From Octopus vulgaris (lineage: Eukaryota): a stretch of DNA of 64,000 nucleotides. The notes beneath the pieces were generated by a model, which saw only the letters and a list, made by a program, of their open reading frames with translations, was not told the origin of the DNA and made no database searches. This document shows, in pieces, positions 26,336 to 38,184 of the stretch; position 1 is the first letter of the stretch, and every line of letters starts with the position of its first letter. The position numbers and the translations under genes are program-made. Location: contig OX597821.1 of the NCBI GenBank assembly GCA_951406725.2, positions 68,944,001-69,008,000 of the forward strand, given 5' to 3'.

Positions 26336-27560
26336 TACGAGTTGTACAAAAGTAATGTAGAAGTGAAAAAGTTACTCTGTTAACGCCTGTAATTTGAATG
26401 ACAAAAGTCATTCGAATTACACATGTTGGTAGTGTAATTCTTCTTGTTTTTCATTGCAGGCAAATAATGGGTTTCAAAAATAAGCACTATGCCATCAATG
26501 AGTTCCTGATGAAGGATGAGTGAAGGCTCTCAAATATCCACCGAAGGCTCCAGGCTCATTACAGAAATGACACCATAGGCAAGAGCAATAGATAGATGAA
26601 TTTTAAAGAAAAGAATCTTGCATTGAAGACAAAGAAGGAAACCATCAGCTGTGACCACATTGAAACTCCGACGTCTGGCAGCTGACTTGGCAGACACCCA
26701 TAAAATTATCAACCATCTTACAAACAATAACTCTGAGCACCTTTTCAAACTCCACCCATCTAACACCCGTGGACATGTTTACAAAGTCAGAAAACAGCAT
26801 GGCTCCCATGACTTTAGGAAACATTTTTTCACGCTAAGAGTTGCTGAAGCATGGAACAAACTGCCGGTATCAGTTGTTAGTTGTTGGAGCACTGCATCCT
26901 TCAAAACTTCCATGCTTTCTGAGATTCGCCAACACTACACCTGATTTCCTCCCCTCCATACACACACAAGCATGTATCTGACTCATACAATGTTCACTTT
27001 CCAGACATTTGTATATTACTGCATATACTTTATATGCACTTTCTGACAAGTTGTGATGCACCTGAGCACTGTATACAATAATTTCATTATTATTATTTTA
27101 CAAGACTCACAAGCAAGTGGATAAACTGATTCATGTGGCCAGAAGAATTACAATCTGTGAGATTGCTGTGTTGTAGTCATAATGCAGATGGTGGAAGGCT
27201 TTGGGTATCAGAAAGTATGTGGAAAGTGAGTACCTTGGTAGCTGACATTTGATTTGAAGCAGAGAAAGATGCATGTCTGCTCTGATCTGTTGGAAGCATT
27301 TGAAGCCAATGATTTTTTTCTGATCTGGTGACAGGAGATAAAAGGTGATTGTAGTTTTATCATCTAGAAATAAAGGATCAGTCCATGATACGATGTCCCT
27401 TCTCTTCTTCAAGGCCTAACAAGTTCAAGAACCAGTGATCAACACAAAGGTTATGGTGACCGTTTTTGCAATGACAAGAGTATCACCCTCCTTGATTGTC
27501 TAGACTGTGACTGTGCTGTGAAGAAGCTGTGCAATGAGATACTAAAAAGTTTACAGATGG
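26336..27560 (+). pseudogene. Decayed mariner transposase (irritans-like), split by a CR1 fragment
   Basis: AINEFL, NIHRRLQAHY, KQVDKLIHVARRITICEIA, GYQKVCGK*VP, VTGDK, KVMVTVF. TACGAG-like left end. Confidence 0.72.
26655..27095 (+). mobile_element. 3' fragment of a CR1-clade LINE
   Basis: LKLRRLAADLADTHKIINHLT...HDFRKHFFTLRVAEAWNKLP...EIRQHYT*, closely related to the end of the 791-aa ORF. Shares the GCACCTGAGCACTGTA-(ATT)n 3' end. Confidence 0.93.
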
Positions 27561-28256
27561 AAGAAACCAAACAGACATTGGAAAATAATCCACATTTGAG
27601 TGGCTGTTTGGTAAGTAACTTGCTTACCAACCACATGGTTTCGGGTTCATTCCCACTGTATGGCACCTTGGGCAAGTGTCTTCTTCTATACCCTCGGGCT
27701 GACCAAAGCCTTGTGAGTGGATTTGGTAGACGGAAACTGAAAGAAGCCCGTCTCTTATATATATGTATGTGTGTGTATATGTTTGTGTGTCTGTGTTTGT
27801 CTCCCCCTACCCAACATCGCTTGATAACTGATGGTGGTGTGTTTACGTCCCCGTAACTTAGCGGTTCGGCAAAAGAGACCGATAGAATAAGTACTAGGCT
27901 TCCGAAGAATAAGTCCTGGGGTCGATTTGCTCGACTAAAGGTGGTGCTCCAGCATGGCCGCAGTTACGGGGAACATAAACACACCAGCATCGGTTGCCAA
28001 GCGATGCTGAGGGGACAGACACACACACATACATACATACATACATATATACGATGGGCTTCTTTCCGTTTCCGTCTACCAAATTCACTCACAAGGCTTT
28101 GGTCGACCCGAGGTTACAGTAGAAGACACTTGCCCAAGGTGCCACACATTGGGACAGAACCCGGAACCATGCAGTTCGTAAGCAAGCTACTTACCACATA
28201 ACCACTCCTACGCCTATGTATAAATATATATATATATATATATATACATACATACA

Positions 28257-28290
<34 letters not shown>

Positions 28291-28501
28291 CATACATACA
28301 TACATACATACATACATACATACATACAGAGAGATAAATAGATATACATAATATACACAAATATATTTATAAATATCTATAGAGACATATATATGCATTA
28401 CACACACACATAACAAATGATAGAGATGGAAAATGGAATACACAAGAAACTTTATTGTTTACAATGATCGTTTTAAGCCATTTTGCTTCGATCCCTTGCA
28501 G

Positions 28502-28546
28502 GTAGGAGACTGTGCAACTGGTTGTGGTGCAGAAGCGTCTCGTCAG
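28502..28546 (+). other. Candidate 45-bp exon (VGDCATGCGAEASRQ in phase 0)
   Basis: Acceptor TTTGCTTCGATCCCTTGCAG, weaker donor CAG|GTGATT, GC-rich non-repeat island. Confidence 0.3.
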
Positions 28547-28763
28547 GTGATTTTACAAGGGGTATCTTGTTAAATATATATATACCCTGTTTCACTCAGT
28601 TTTAATACAGCTTGTTGTTAGTGACCCTAGGTTTAAGTCGTTGGGCAGGAATGATGAGCGACAGATTCCGTTGTGATATTATAGACAGTTGTCTCTCTAT
28701 GTCTATAGTTGTAAATCAAAGACAGGGAATAAATATTGACTGAAACAAGAATTAAAAGTTGTA

Positions 28764-28794
<31 letters not shown>

Positions 28795-29007
28795 GCGCGC
28801 GCGCGTGTGTGTGTGTAGCAGGTGATGTTATGATTAAGTTGTTCAAACTCTGTGAGACAATGTAATAATTAACATGGAGAACAAAATATTGCCTAAGTTT
28901 TTTTTTTTATTCATTTATTTATTTATTGTAATTTTTCATGTAGGGTCAGTATACAAAATTGTTATAGTAGCCAGTAGTTTAACAGTGATACAGGAAGAAT
29001 AACAATT

Positions 29008-29139
29008 ACTGGTCCCCTTCCCCAAAAATTTCAGGCCTTGTGCCTTTAGTAGAAAGGATTAATTATTACTAAGTTTCAGTCTCTCTTAATCGAACAAATA
29101 CGAAAAGCATGTGTGTGTGTATACATAAAAGATAGAGGG

Positions 29140-29196
<57 letters not shown>

Positions 29197-29751
29197 CGTG
29201 TGTGTAAGAAATCGGTAATTGTTTCCTGGAGTCTTAGCCAGGAATTGAAACCTTAGCCTAGATTTTCCTATGAAATTTCCCCCCCCCACTTCCGTTTTTG
29301 GCATTAGCACTAGGAAATTTATGGTAAGATGTGTCTATCGGATACACCTGCTTGTTAGAAAGCGAATGGCGTGTGGAAACAAAAAAACTACTGTGATTTT
29401 ATTAAAACCACAAAGATTAAACAAAGTGGGGACAATACAAGGGGTCAATGGAGTCGTGACTTATCGAACGATATTACATGAATAAATGTATTATAATTGA
29501 CTGCTAATACTTTCTGAGGGCTCGTATTTATAACATATTGAAAAGACGAATGTATGTCGTAGAATAAAGGAAAGTACTAATCTTATCTGTGATAACCTCC
29601 AGTTGACCGTAAGTGTGACAAGGGACCTCATAAATTTCCTAGTGCTAATGCCAAAAACGGGGAGGGGTGGAATTTCATAGGAAAATCTAGGCTAAGGTTT
29701 CGATTCCTGGCTAAGACTCCAGGAAACAATTACCGATTTCTCACACACACG

Positions 29752-29783
<32 letters not shown>

Positions 29784-29917
29784 AACACACTCCCCTCTAT
29801 CTTTTATGCATACACACACACACACACACACATGCTTTTCGTAATTGTTCGATTTGTAATAGTTAATCCTTTCTACGAAAGGCACAAGGCCTGAAATTTT
29901 TTGGGAAGGGGACCAGT
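29008..29917. repeat. Local inverted duplication (arms about 290-315 bp, 305-bp spacer)
   Basis: 29008-29323 is the reverse complement of 29629-29917, including unique sequence, microsatellites and a SINE tail. Confidence 0.92.
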
Positions 29918-30859
29918 TCGTAATTGGTACTTATTTCATCGACCCCGAAAGGATGAAAGGCGAAGTCGATCGCGGCTGAATCTGAAAATCAGAAGGTAAG
30001 GACGGACGAAATGCCGTTAAGCATTTTCCCCGGCATGCTAACTATCCTTTCAGCTCGGAAAATAAATACAACAATGTGGGTGTATAATTCCCGGTTACAA
30101 AGTCTCAGCAAGAATTAAATAATTTTAGTTTCCGTATATAATCTCAGATCAAATCACTTGCCTAAGAAGTGCTATTCAAACTAAAATTTTTTTCTCTCAA
30201 CATTTAATCAATATATATTTTTTTTAAACAAGGTAGATATATTTTATTTTCTAACTTTGAATTGTCTGCAGTGGGTGGGGGTGTCAACTCTAAAGGGAGA
30301 TAATTCCAGTAAGACATTATTGTTTAATTATGCGCATGTCAATACCATTTCACTGTTAAGATATTGCAATTTTATATTCAAGGAGGATAACTCTGGGTTC
30401 TCCTCAGTATTTCAGCAAAACTTGGTTATGAAATTAAGTTGGGAAAATAATTCCTGAAAGAAAATAAATATAATGTATTTTCTCATCTACCGCTTCATGT
30501 TGGAATACGATTTTAGATCATATTTCATTAATTCATAAGCTAAAAGAACAAGTAATTTACAATACAATATTTCTTTTCAATTGTCATTGTGAAATAGAAG
30601 TAAACCAGAGTAATGCACCTTGTTTTCAGGGACCCGCACGATAGCAACAAAGGAGATTAAACGCCCTTTACTTTTGTGACAGCTCACCACTTGGTTCTTG
30701 ATAATCGATTGGTTAGACTGTTGTCATAAGAAAAGATTATTCTTTGTTTAGGATCACAACACTTAAACCTAATATGTATTTATGTGTTTAAGCATATATG
30801 TATCTCTTCTCCGTGTTGTGTGTGTGTGTATATATATATAGGTATGTATCTATGTATGT

Positions 30860-30894
<35 letters not shown>

Positions 30895-31272
30895 AAATGT
30901 ATATACAGATAGGCGCAGGCGTGGCTGTGTACTAAGAAATTTGCTTCCCAACTACATGGTTCCAGGTTCAGTCCCATAGCGTGTCCCCTTGGGCAAGTGT
31001 CTTCTCCTAAAGCCTTGGGCTGACCAAAACTTTGTGAGCGAGTGTGTGTCTGAGTTGGTCCCCCACCATCGCTTGACAACCGGTGTTACTGTGTTTACGT
31101 CCCCGTGACTTAGCGGTTCGACAAAAGAAATCGATAGAATTTGTACCAGGCTTAAAAAAATTACTGGTGTTGAATCATTCAACTGACTGTAGTCTAATGA
31201 CTGAAACAAGTAATAAAATAAAAGCTATATATATATCTTTTATATCTCTCCCTATATATATATATATATATA

Positions 31273-32028
31273 CGAGCAAAACGCCACCCGTCCAATGGAC
31301 GGTGCTGAGTTGTCAAACATTTAAACCAAATTTTCTCAAAACAACTTCTCCGAACGTCCCATAGGCCTCCCCTTTGAGAAACACTGGATTAACCTAAATT
31401 TGAGACACCAGTAAAAGAAGAAATAAAGATAGACTTTTTTCTCTATTCCAAAGAAAAACGATTTTATTCACGCAAATATACAACCAAAGAGTTTAAAGTA
31501 CCAATAATGATAAGGCTGTTGACTGGGAGAACACAAACATGGTTTAAACAGTTCTTTTCATTAAAAAATAATTAAGCATGCCTTTATTTCAATAAAATTT
31601 TTGGTTTTGTTAAACGAAGTTACGGCAAAAAAAAATAGTCTTTCCTTCCTTCATGCCAAGTTTGAAGAAAATATCTCTTTTGCATCTTACTTTTTTGGTC
31701 TCTTAAATATACTGCATTTTGTGGCATTATTTCAAGCCAGCCGGCTTTTTTTGCGCAAACTGCACGTCCAGTTTTCTCACGTATGCATAGTAGCGATAGC
31801 AACAGCTGATGTACTTGCATGTACTAATGCACGTTCCCACGGCTTTATCGATTGCATTCTCACCTGGAATCAATTTTTGTAATTTTTTCAAGACTTATAC
31901 ACATTCTGATACCGTCGGTGTCTACATATCAAATTTGAGCATAATCGGATGGAGGATGCCCGAGATCCTAGAAGATACACACAGACAGACAGAACGGATT
32001 TTATATAATATATATATATATATAGGGA
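31273..32028 (-). mobile_element. Non-autonomous Helitron
   Basis: Terminal hairpin CACCCGTCCAATGGACGGTG next to a CTAG-like end (CGAG on plus). The other end has the (CAGA)n + TTTATAT signature seen in the other copies. Confidence 0.6.
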
Positions 32029-32040
32029 GAGAGAGAGAGA

Positions 32041-32310
32041 TTGTTCTGTGTGTTCACCATTTGATCTTGGCAGAAATTGTTCTCATCTGAGAAAAACCAA
32101 ACCATGTTCGGTTGGAGGGGATGCTTGAGTTTGTTAAAAAGTTTCATAGCACTGTCTTACCTCTTGTCCTTGATGGTTTCAGATAAAAATTGGCTCTTTC
32201 TCATCTTGTATGAAGAATACCAAATGTCTTCATACACTACCTGCTTGATAAAATTGCTCAGACACTTCCATGTCCCTGGTAATGGACCTGATTGACTTGG
32301 AGGGATCGCT
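32041..32310 (-). pseudogene. Tc1/mariner-superfamily transposase fragment (maT/rosa-like)
   Basis: DPSKSIRSITRDMEVS...YKMRKSQFLS...VWFFSDENNFCQDQMVNTQN, carrying the FSDE and NxQN motifs. Confidence 0.75.
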
Positions 32311-33486
32311 GTCAAAAAGGTCCATAGGTAAAAAATTGTTCAGAATCCCTTGTCTAAAGAGATCATTATTTAAGGCAAACACAGATTTCTTTGGTTTTTG
32401 TTCTTTTTGGGATTCCTGGCAGAACTTATCTGACAACACAACTGCTATTAACATACAAGTCCTGTAATGGACTCCAAAACTCTCTGTGAACCATTGTGCT
32501 TTTAGCATAGACAATCATTTGTTATTTCTTAAGAACATATCTGATTCCCAATTTCTTGACATTGTTCCATTTAGATTGATCATTTGTGATCAAGAACTAA
32601 AGAAATTTAAAAGCAGAATGTACTGTATAGCCTTCAGAATGGAGTATGGCAACATTATCAGGAGAAAAACTGCAACATCAAAGAAGCAAATTTCAGCTTC
32701 TTGTTATCAAACCCTGTTGCAGAAAGCAAAAGAGACTCTTCTCTGTTCTGTAGTGAGTTTGGGTGCATTTTCATTGGCATATGCTATTAATGTGTTAACA
32801 GAAAATGATACCTCTTTCAAAAATTTATGTTGATGGATCTTTAACTTTAGTGTATTTAGTTTTAATGATGTCATATTTGAAGTTTTTGGATATTTATATT
32901 CAGCTGTGTGCACTATTTTCATACTGGAGTACGCTTGGTGAATTTGGTGCTTGAAATCTTTGGCAAGGTTATCATGATACTTGAACAAAAACTGAAGCAG
33001 GTTGGATGATTTACAGCATTTTGACAGTAAATTGAAAAGAACCCTAAGATTTTTGGATGTTTGAAATACAGAAGTTCCTAATTATGTTACATCCCACTGA
33101 CCATCATTCGCTAGAAATTCAAGGAAAAGCCAAACCTCTCTGTTGGTGTGTTGTAAACTTAGCCACTAACTATTCAAATATGTTGAAGTGAATTTAAGCC
33201 TAGCACTTTACATAAAAGAAATTGTAGAATGAAACATTCATATTGGACTAGTGTGTACAATCTACTCTCTTCCAATAACACTGTCAAAACTTGCATTTTT
33301 TTTTTTTTGCCTCCATTGCTTCTTTCCTCTGTGTGTGATATGATGAAACTTGAAGGTACAGCAATGTTTTTGTAAATGAGGAAAACAGTTGTAAGTATTA
33401 TGTCCTTTGGACTGCTTGCTGTACAGCATTTGTCTGAACAAAGTAATTTTGTTACACATTTTCAAATGGACAACAACTTGTTGAAT

Positions 33487-33643
33487 ATACATTATTTACA
33501 TTTGACAGATATTTGTCCTCATATTGTTTGTTGTTAACATGTTTCGGCTGATATACCCTCCAGCCTTCTTCAGGTGTCTTGGGGAAATTTCGAACCTGAG
33601 TTCTCATTCCTAAGGTATTTTTCAATGTTGTTGTTGTTGTTGA

Positions 33644-33704
<61 letters not shown>

Positions 33705-33976
33705 GTTATTATTATTCAGGTCACTGCCTGGAATCGAACTTAGAATCTTGAGGCTAGTAGCCTGTACTCTTAAACCACTACGCCATAATAACAACATTGA
33801 AAAATACCTTAGGAATGAGAACTCAGGTTCGAAATTTCCCCAAGTCACCTGAAGAAGGTTGGAGAGTATACCAGCTGAAACGTTGTGTTAACAACAAACA
33901 AGATGAGGACAAATATCCGTCAAATGTAAATAATGTAAATAATGTACATAATTCCTCATCTCTTAAATATAGCACT
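33487..33976. mobile_element. Palindromic non-autonomous retroelement: inverted hammerhead arms, (TTA)n spacer and tRNA-like segment
   Basis: Long inverted arms. Hammerhead cores at 33567-33573(-) and 33849-33855(+). A/B boxes on minus at 33775-33785 and 33730-33739. Flanking direct repeat ACTTGTTGAAT at 33476-33486 and 33974-33984. Confidence 0.85.
33844..33889 (+). ncRNA. Minimal type I hammerhead ribozyme motif
   Basis: GTCAC-CTGAAGA-A-GGTTG(N10)CAGCT-GAA-ACGT-T-GTGTT: helix I, core, stem II, palindromic ACGU helix III, GUU triplet. Confidence 0.65.
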
Positions 33977-34529
33977 TGTTGAATGTTAGAGATATCTTCC
34001 TGGATGGCAAAGATAAAAGAAAAAAAAGCAAGAATTTCTCATTGCCGCAGATGTTTTGTCTTTGCTTGTATCAGGTGGCTTCATTGAAGAGGTTTTGCTA
34101 TTTCAGGGCCAGGATTACTGCATCAGGTTCCTTAATGGCATATTTTTAGATAAATCTGATGGACATTATTGCATTGCAAAACTTAAAATTGATGTATGCA
34201 TTAAATATGTTGGTCAGCAGTGGGCTGTTACTCTGGTGTTTATATTCTATAAAAGGTATATCCATCTTCATCTGTTTGGGTGTTCTTGACAAATGGTCTT
34301 GGAAACTTTGGGGAGATATTAGTTGGCTTATACACTAAGTGAAATTCTGTTAAATACACCACAAGGGCCATGGCCAGTTGGCCTTAACAATATTTAAGAG
34401 TTCTTTATATTTGCAAGGATCTTGAAGCTTTGCATTTATTATGAAATCAGTATGTTTGGAAGAAATCTTATGATGGTTTTAGGTAAAAGAAAATACTGGA
34501 GGATCAGTTCATTATGATTTTATTCAAAA

Positions 34530-34836
34530 CTAGCAGTATCGCCCAGCGTTGCTCGGGTTTGTAAGGGAAATAACTATATAAGCATTTTTAGAGAGTTACT
34601 TCCCTTATATAACCCGAGCAAAAATCATAAAAAATGCGGAAAAATGATGGTAAATTTTTTTTTAAATCGTAGACTCATCGTAGACGCACGCTAATACCTA
34701 GAAGGGCTCGATATGAATGACGACTATAAGATACCCGCTTTTCGTTAAACTGCACCGCAAAATGTGGGAGTGGTTAGGAATCTAAATCGGAGGAGACAGA
34801 GTCTCAAACACACTACTTCAATTTTATATATAAAGA
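34530..34836 (-). mobile_element. Non-autonomous Helitron inserted into a mariner MITE
   Basis: Minus strand 5'-TC and 3' hairpin CCCGAGCAACGCTGGG + CTAG. Inserted between A and T with no TSD, and the MITE sequence resumes on both sides. Confidence 0.9.
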
Positions 34837-35417
34837 TATTCTCCTCTCAGATTTACACACTTATTGCAGTGGTCCTTCAGTTTTTCTAAGCCCTGTAAAA
34901 GAACTCAGAAGGTTGGGCTTCTAACCAGGCCTTTTGCAATACCCTTAAAGCCAGAAACTTTCCAGTAACCCCTCACTGCATTTGTTAACCAGATCAAAAT
35001 GTATGCACTCAAATAGGAGGCCTTTTTCTTTCCTGTGGGGATCAATGATGGAAACCTAATTTGCATAAATTATAACATTAAAATGTCGGGCCACATTTGA
35101 TCACAATTATATGAACTCACATACATAAAACTTTAGTTCCTAATTAAATTAATTATAAATCAGTCATGTCAGTTTCAGTTACTGAAGCATGTACCAGCAT
35201 AATCAGCAGCAGCTTTACATTAATCAAGTCTTTTGCTAAAAGTTACTTTGCAGGAGAGAGAGAGAGAGACAAAGAAAGAGAAAGAGAAAATTTGGAAGTA
35301 ACAAAGCTTTCAATGGGAAACACAAAGAAGACAGATGTGTAAAACAAGCTGAGTAAAAAGTGGTCGGATGGTTGCACTCATAGACAAATTTTCCCAAATA
35401 TGATATATATATATATA

Positions 35418-36099
35418 CTAGCATTAAAGACCTGTTGTTGCCGGGTCATAGTGCTAGTGCATGTATATATGTGTATATATATGTGTACATTTTACATGTA
35501 CATCTATATATATACATCTACACATAAAATGCAAAATACAAATTTATATCTTGATATCGCTAGTGATAACAATACTGAAGATATATAACAGACTGGAATT
35601 TTTAGCTCTTCTTTTTTCTCTACATTGTATACTTTATAGACAATAGTCTTTTCTTTAATTTAATTTTTTATTATCCATCTGAACTATTCCATTTCTGCAT
35701 GCTAATTTTATTTTTAATTTATTTCCATTCATGTGAAACCACTTATTCAAGTTCAAATCCTTGACGCAATTTTATATCAATTGCTATTTTACTTTTGTTA
35801 TGTTACGATTATATTATACTTTAGTTTGATTTTAATTATTACTTACTACATATAATTCAATTGTTATTATTATTTTTATTGTTAAAGCGAAAGTATCTGA
35901 CATAAAATAGAGAAATGTTTTTGTTTCACTTTTAACACGTAATACTGAAATAGTGGAGAAGATATGATATTGCCATGGGCTCGCCCTAGGCAAGAAGCTG
36001 AACATTTTTTTTGCCCATGGAACTACATGGACCCTAAGTGAGGCATGTGTAAAATTTGAATGAAATTGGTTGTGTAGTTCTCAAGTTTTAGGGAAACAC

Positions 36100-36130
<31 letters not shown>

Positions 36131-36158
36131 CACATTCTCAGTTTTATATATATAGAGA
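35418..36158 (-). mobile_element. Non-autonomous Helitron
   Basis: CTAG at 35418-21, hairpin GACCTG..CGGGTC, (CAGA)n, 5'-TC at 36158, A|T insertion. Confidence 0.85.
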
Positions 36159-36232
36159 TAAATAGTGATATTATTATTTATTAATAATAATAATATAGGT
36201 GGCTAGTTAGCAAATAAACAAAAAAGCAAATT

Positions 36233-36454
36233 TATAAACAAGGGTACTAGATAGCACCAGCGTTGCTAGAAATGAGAGTCAAAATGACTCAATTAGTCAC
36301 AATCAGGGATCTCCATTGCTTTGGTATGTTGGCCGTTTATTTTTCACTCCCCTGATTTCATCAGCCTATTAACTTTCAGTACTATTGTGACTAATTGAGT
36401 TGTTTTTTACCCTCATTTCTAGCAATGCTGGTGCTATCAAGTAACCCTTGTTTA

Positions 36455-36456
<2 letters not shown>
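36233..36456. repeat. Fold-back element enclosing a hammerhead-like core
   Basis: Arms 36233-36303 and 36384-36456. Minus-strand CTGATGA-AATC-AGGG-GAGT-GAAA at 36342-36364. Confidence 0.7.
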
Positions 36457-36510
<54 letters not shown>

Positions 36511-36564
36511 AATATTATCTCCCGCTTCTTCCTAGCTCTCCTAGGTGAGCCCTCTGTCCATCAT

Positions 36565-36755
36565 TCACCATGATAGATCGCTAGCCACTACACATTCTTT
36601 ATTTTCTCTCTTTGTTTCTTTCTGTGTTCCTTTCTGTGGAAGAGCATAGGCTCGAAATGTTAAAGACTTTTTTACTTTCTGAGCATTATACTAATACATC
36701 TGTTTGTTGTCTACACCACCTCTCTTCGTCTTTTTTTTTGTGAATTCTCCCCCTA
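36565..36755 (+). mobile_element. PLE-like terminal repeat abutting (TA)n, with a variant hammerhead core
   Basis: CTTT-CTGTGGA-A-GAGC-ATAG-GCTC-GAA-ATGT-T-AAAG at 36630-36665. Second copy at 55050-55252. Confidence 0.7.
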
Positions 36756-36760
36756 TATGT

Positions 36761-36893
<133 letters not shown>

Positions 36894-37140
36894 TGTATGT
36901 GTGCATATATGCATGTATGTATGTATGTATGTATGTATGTATGTATGTATGTACACATGCATGCTAGCAAGCAAGCAGTATATATGGAGAAAATTTCTCC
37001 AAGACAAAATACACTGAATAGCTTTTTTATGGACTTGAATATACCTCAAGCATATTTGAACAGGTAGCAAGTTTGTATTTATCAACATCACCACTTAGTG
37101 CAATTGCCCCATTATATATAAATATATATATTTACCAATA

Positions 37141-37840
37141 GAAGAGGCAGACCGCGGAAGAGGCAGACCCAAGAAAACCTGGGACAAGGTGGTGAAGCAT
37201 GACCTTCGAACTTTAGGTCTCACCGAGGAAATGACTAGAGACTGAGACCTTCAGAAGTATGCTGTGCATGAGAAGACCCGGCAGGACAAGTGAGACCATA
37301 ACCCGTGGCCTCTACATGGGATTTAGGCAGTCCACTTATGCATACCTTTCCTTCTTAGGACACAAAACTCTACTTGTGAAGACCTGTTGAGGCAAGTGAA
37401 AATCCAAATAAAAATCGAAATCGATCAACATCAATGGGAATTGCAGCTGTGATACCAGTACCGGTGGTACATAAGAGAACCGTCCGAATGTGGCTGTTGC
37501 CAGCGCCACCCCGACTGGCCTCGTGCCAGTGGCACGTAAAAAGCACCATCCAATCGTGGCCGTTGCCAGCCTCGCCTGGCCCCCGTGCCGGTGGCACGTA
37601 AAAAGCACCATCCGATCATGGCCGTTTGCCAGCCTCATCTGGCACCTGTGCCGGTGGCACGTAAAAAGCACCCACTACACTCACGGAGTGGTTGGCGTTA
37701 GGAAGGGCATCCAGCCATAGAAACATTGCCAGATCAGACTGGGCCTGGTGCTGCCTTCTGGCTTCCCAGACCCCAGTTGAACCGTCCAACCCATGCTAGC
37801 ATGGAAAGCGGATGCTAAACGATGATGATGATGATGATGA
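37141..37840 (+). mobile_element. 5'-truncated RTE-clade LINE: ORF C-terminus, minisatellite 3' UTR and (GAT)n tail
   Basis: RGRPKKTWDKVVKHDLRTLGLTEEMTRD...EKTRQDK* (stop 37291-93) runs directly into the family-C repeat. Confidence 0.85.
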
Positions 37841-37902
37841 TAGAAAACAAAGATAGGAAAATTAGAAGTTGAAAATGCACTGAGAATAGTTAAAATATTT
37901 AA

Positions 37903-37945
37903 AGCATTAACCGGTTTCACAGTTTACACTGCTTTTCAAAAAGTT
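37903..37945 (-). ncRNA. Degenerate hammerhead-like motif next to a PLE endonuclease remnant
   Basis: TTGAAAA-GCAG-TGTAAA-CTGT-GAA-ACCGGT-T with palindromic helix III and a mutated core. Confidence 0.45.
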
Positions 37946-38184
37946 CAAATAGAAAGGCATGGCTCATGTTGCAGCTGTCTTGTTTCTGACTTGTGTTTGA
38001 AGTTTGCCCTGTTTTATAGGTTGCTCATGGCTCAAATTAATATATGTTTTGAATAGGATTTGATTGGTAGAGGATAGTTGCATGAGTGGTCTTAGAAATT
38101 TTTGTAGGTTCCCTGCTATGTCAGTGTGTTAGTATCAAGTGACAATGTTTGGTGTTGTGTGTTAAGGCTGACACAGTTGTGCAT

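Larger units (their letters stand above)
32310..34460 (-). pseudogene. Decayed autonomous Helitron Rep/PIF1-helicase coding remnant
   Basis: HGPCGVFN, KFPRPFVKNTQTDEDGYTFYR, PLLTNIFNAYINFKFCN, VVVHL, FLANDGQWD, PKLTTEQ, EGYTVHSAFKF, in RepHel order with many stops. Interrupted at 33487-33976. Confidence 0.82.
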
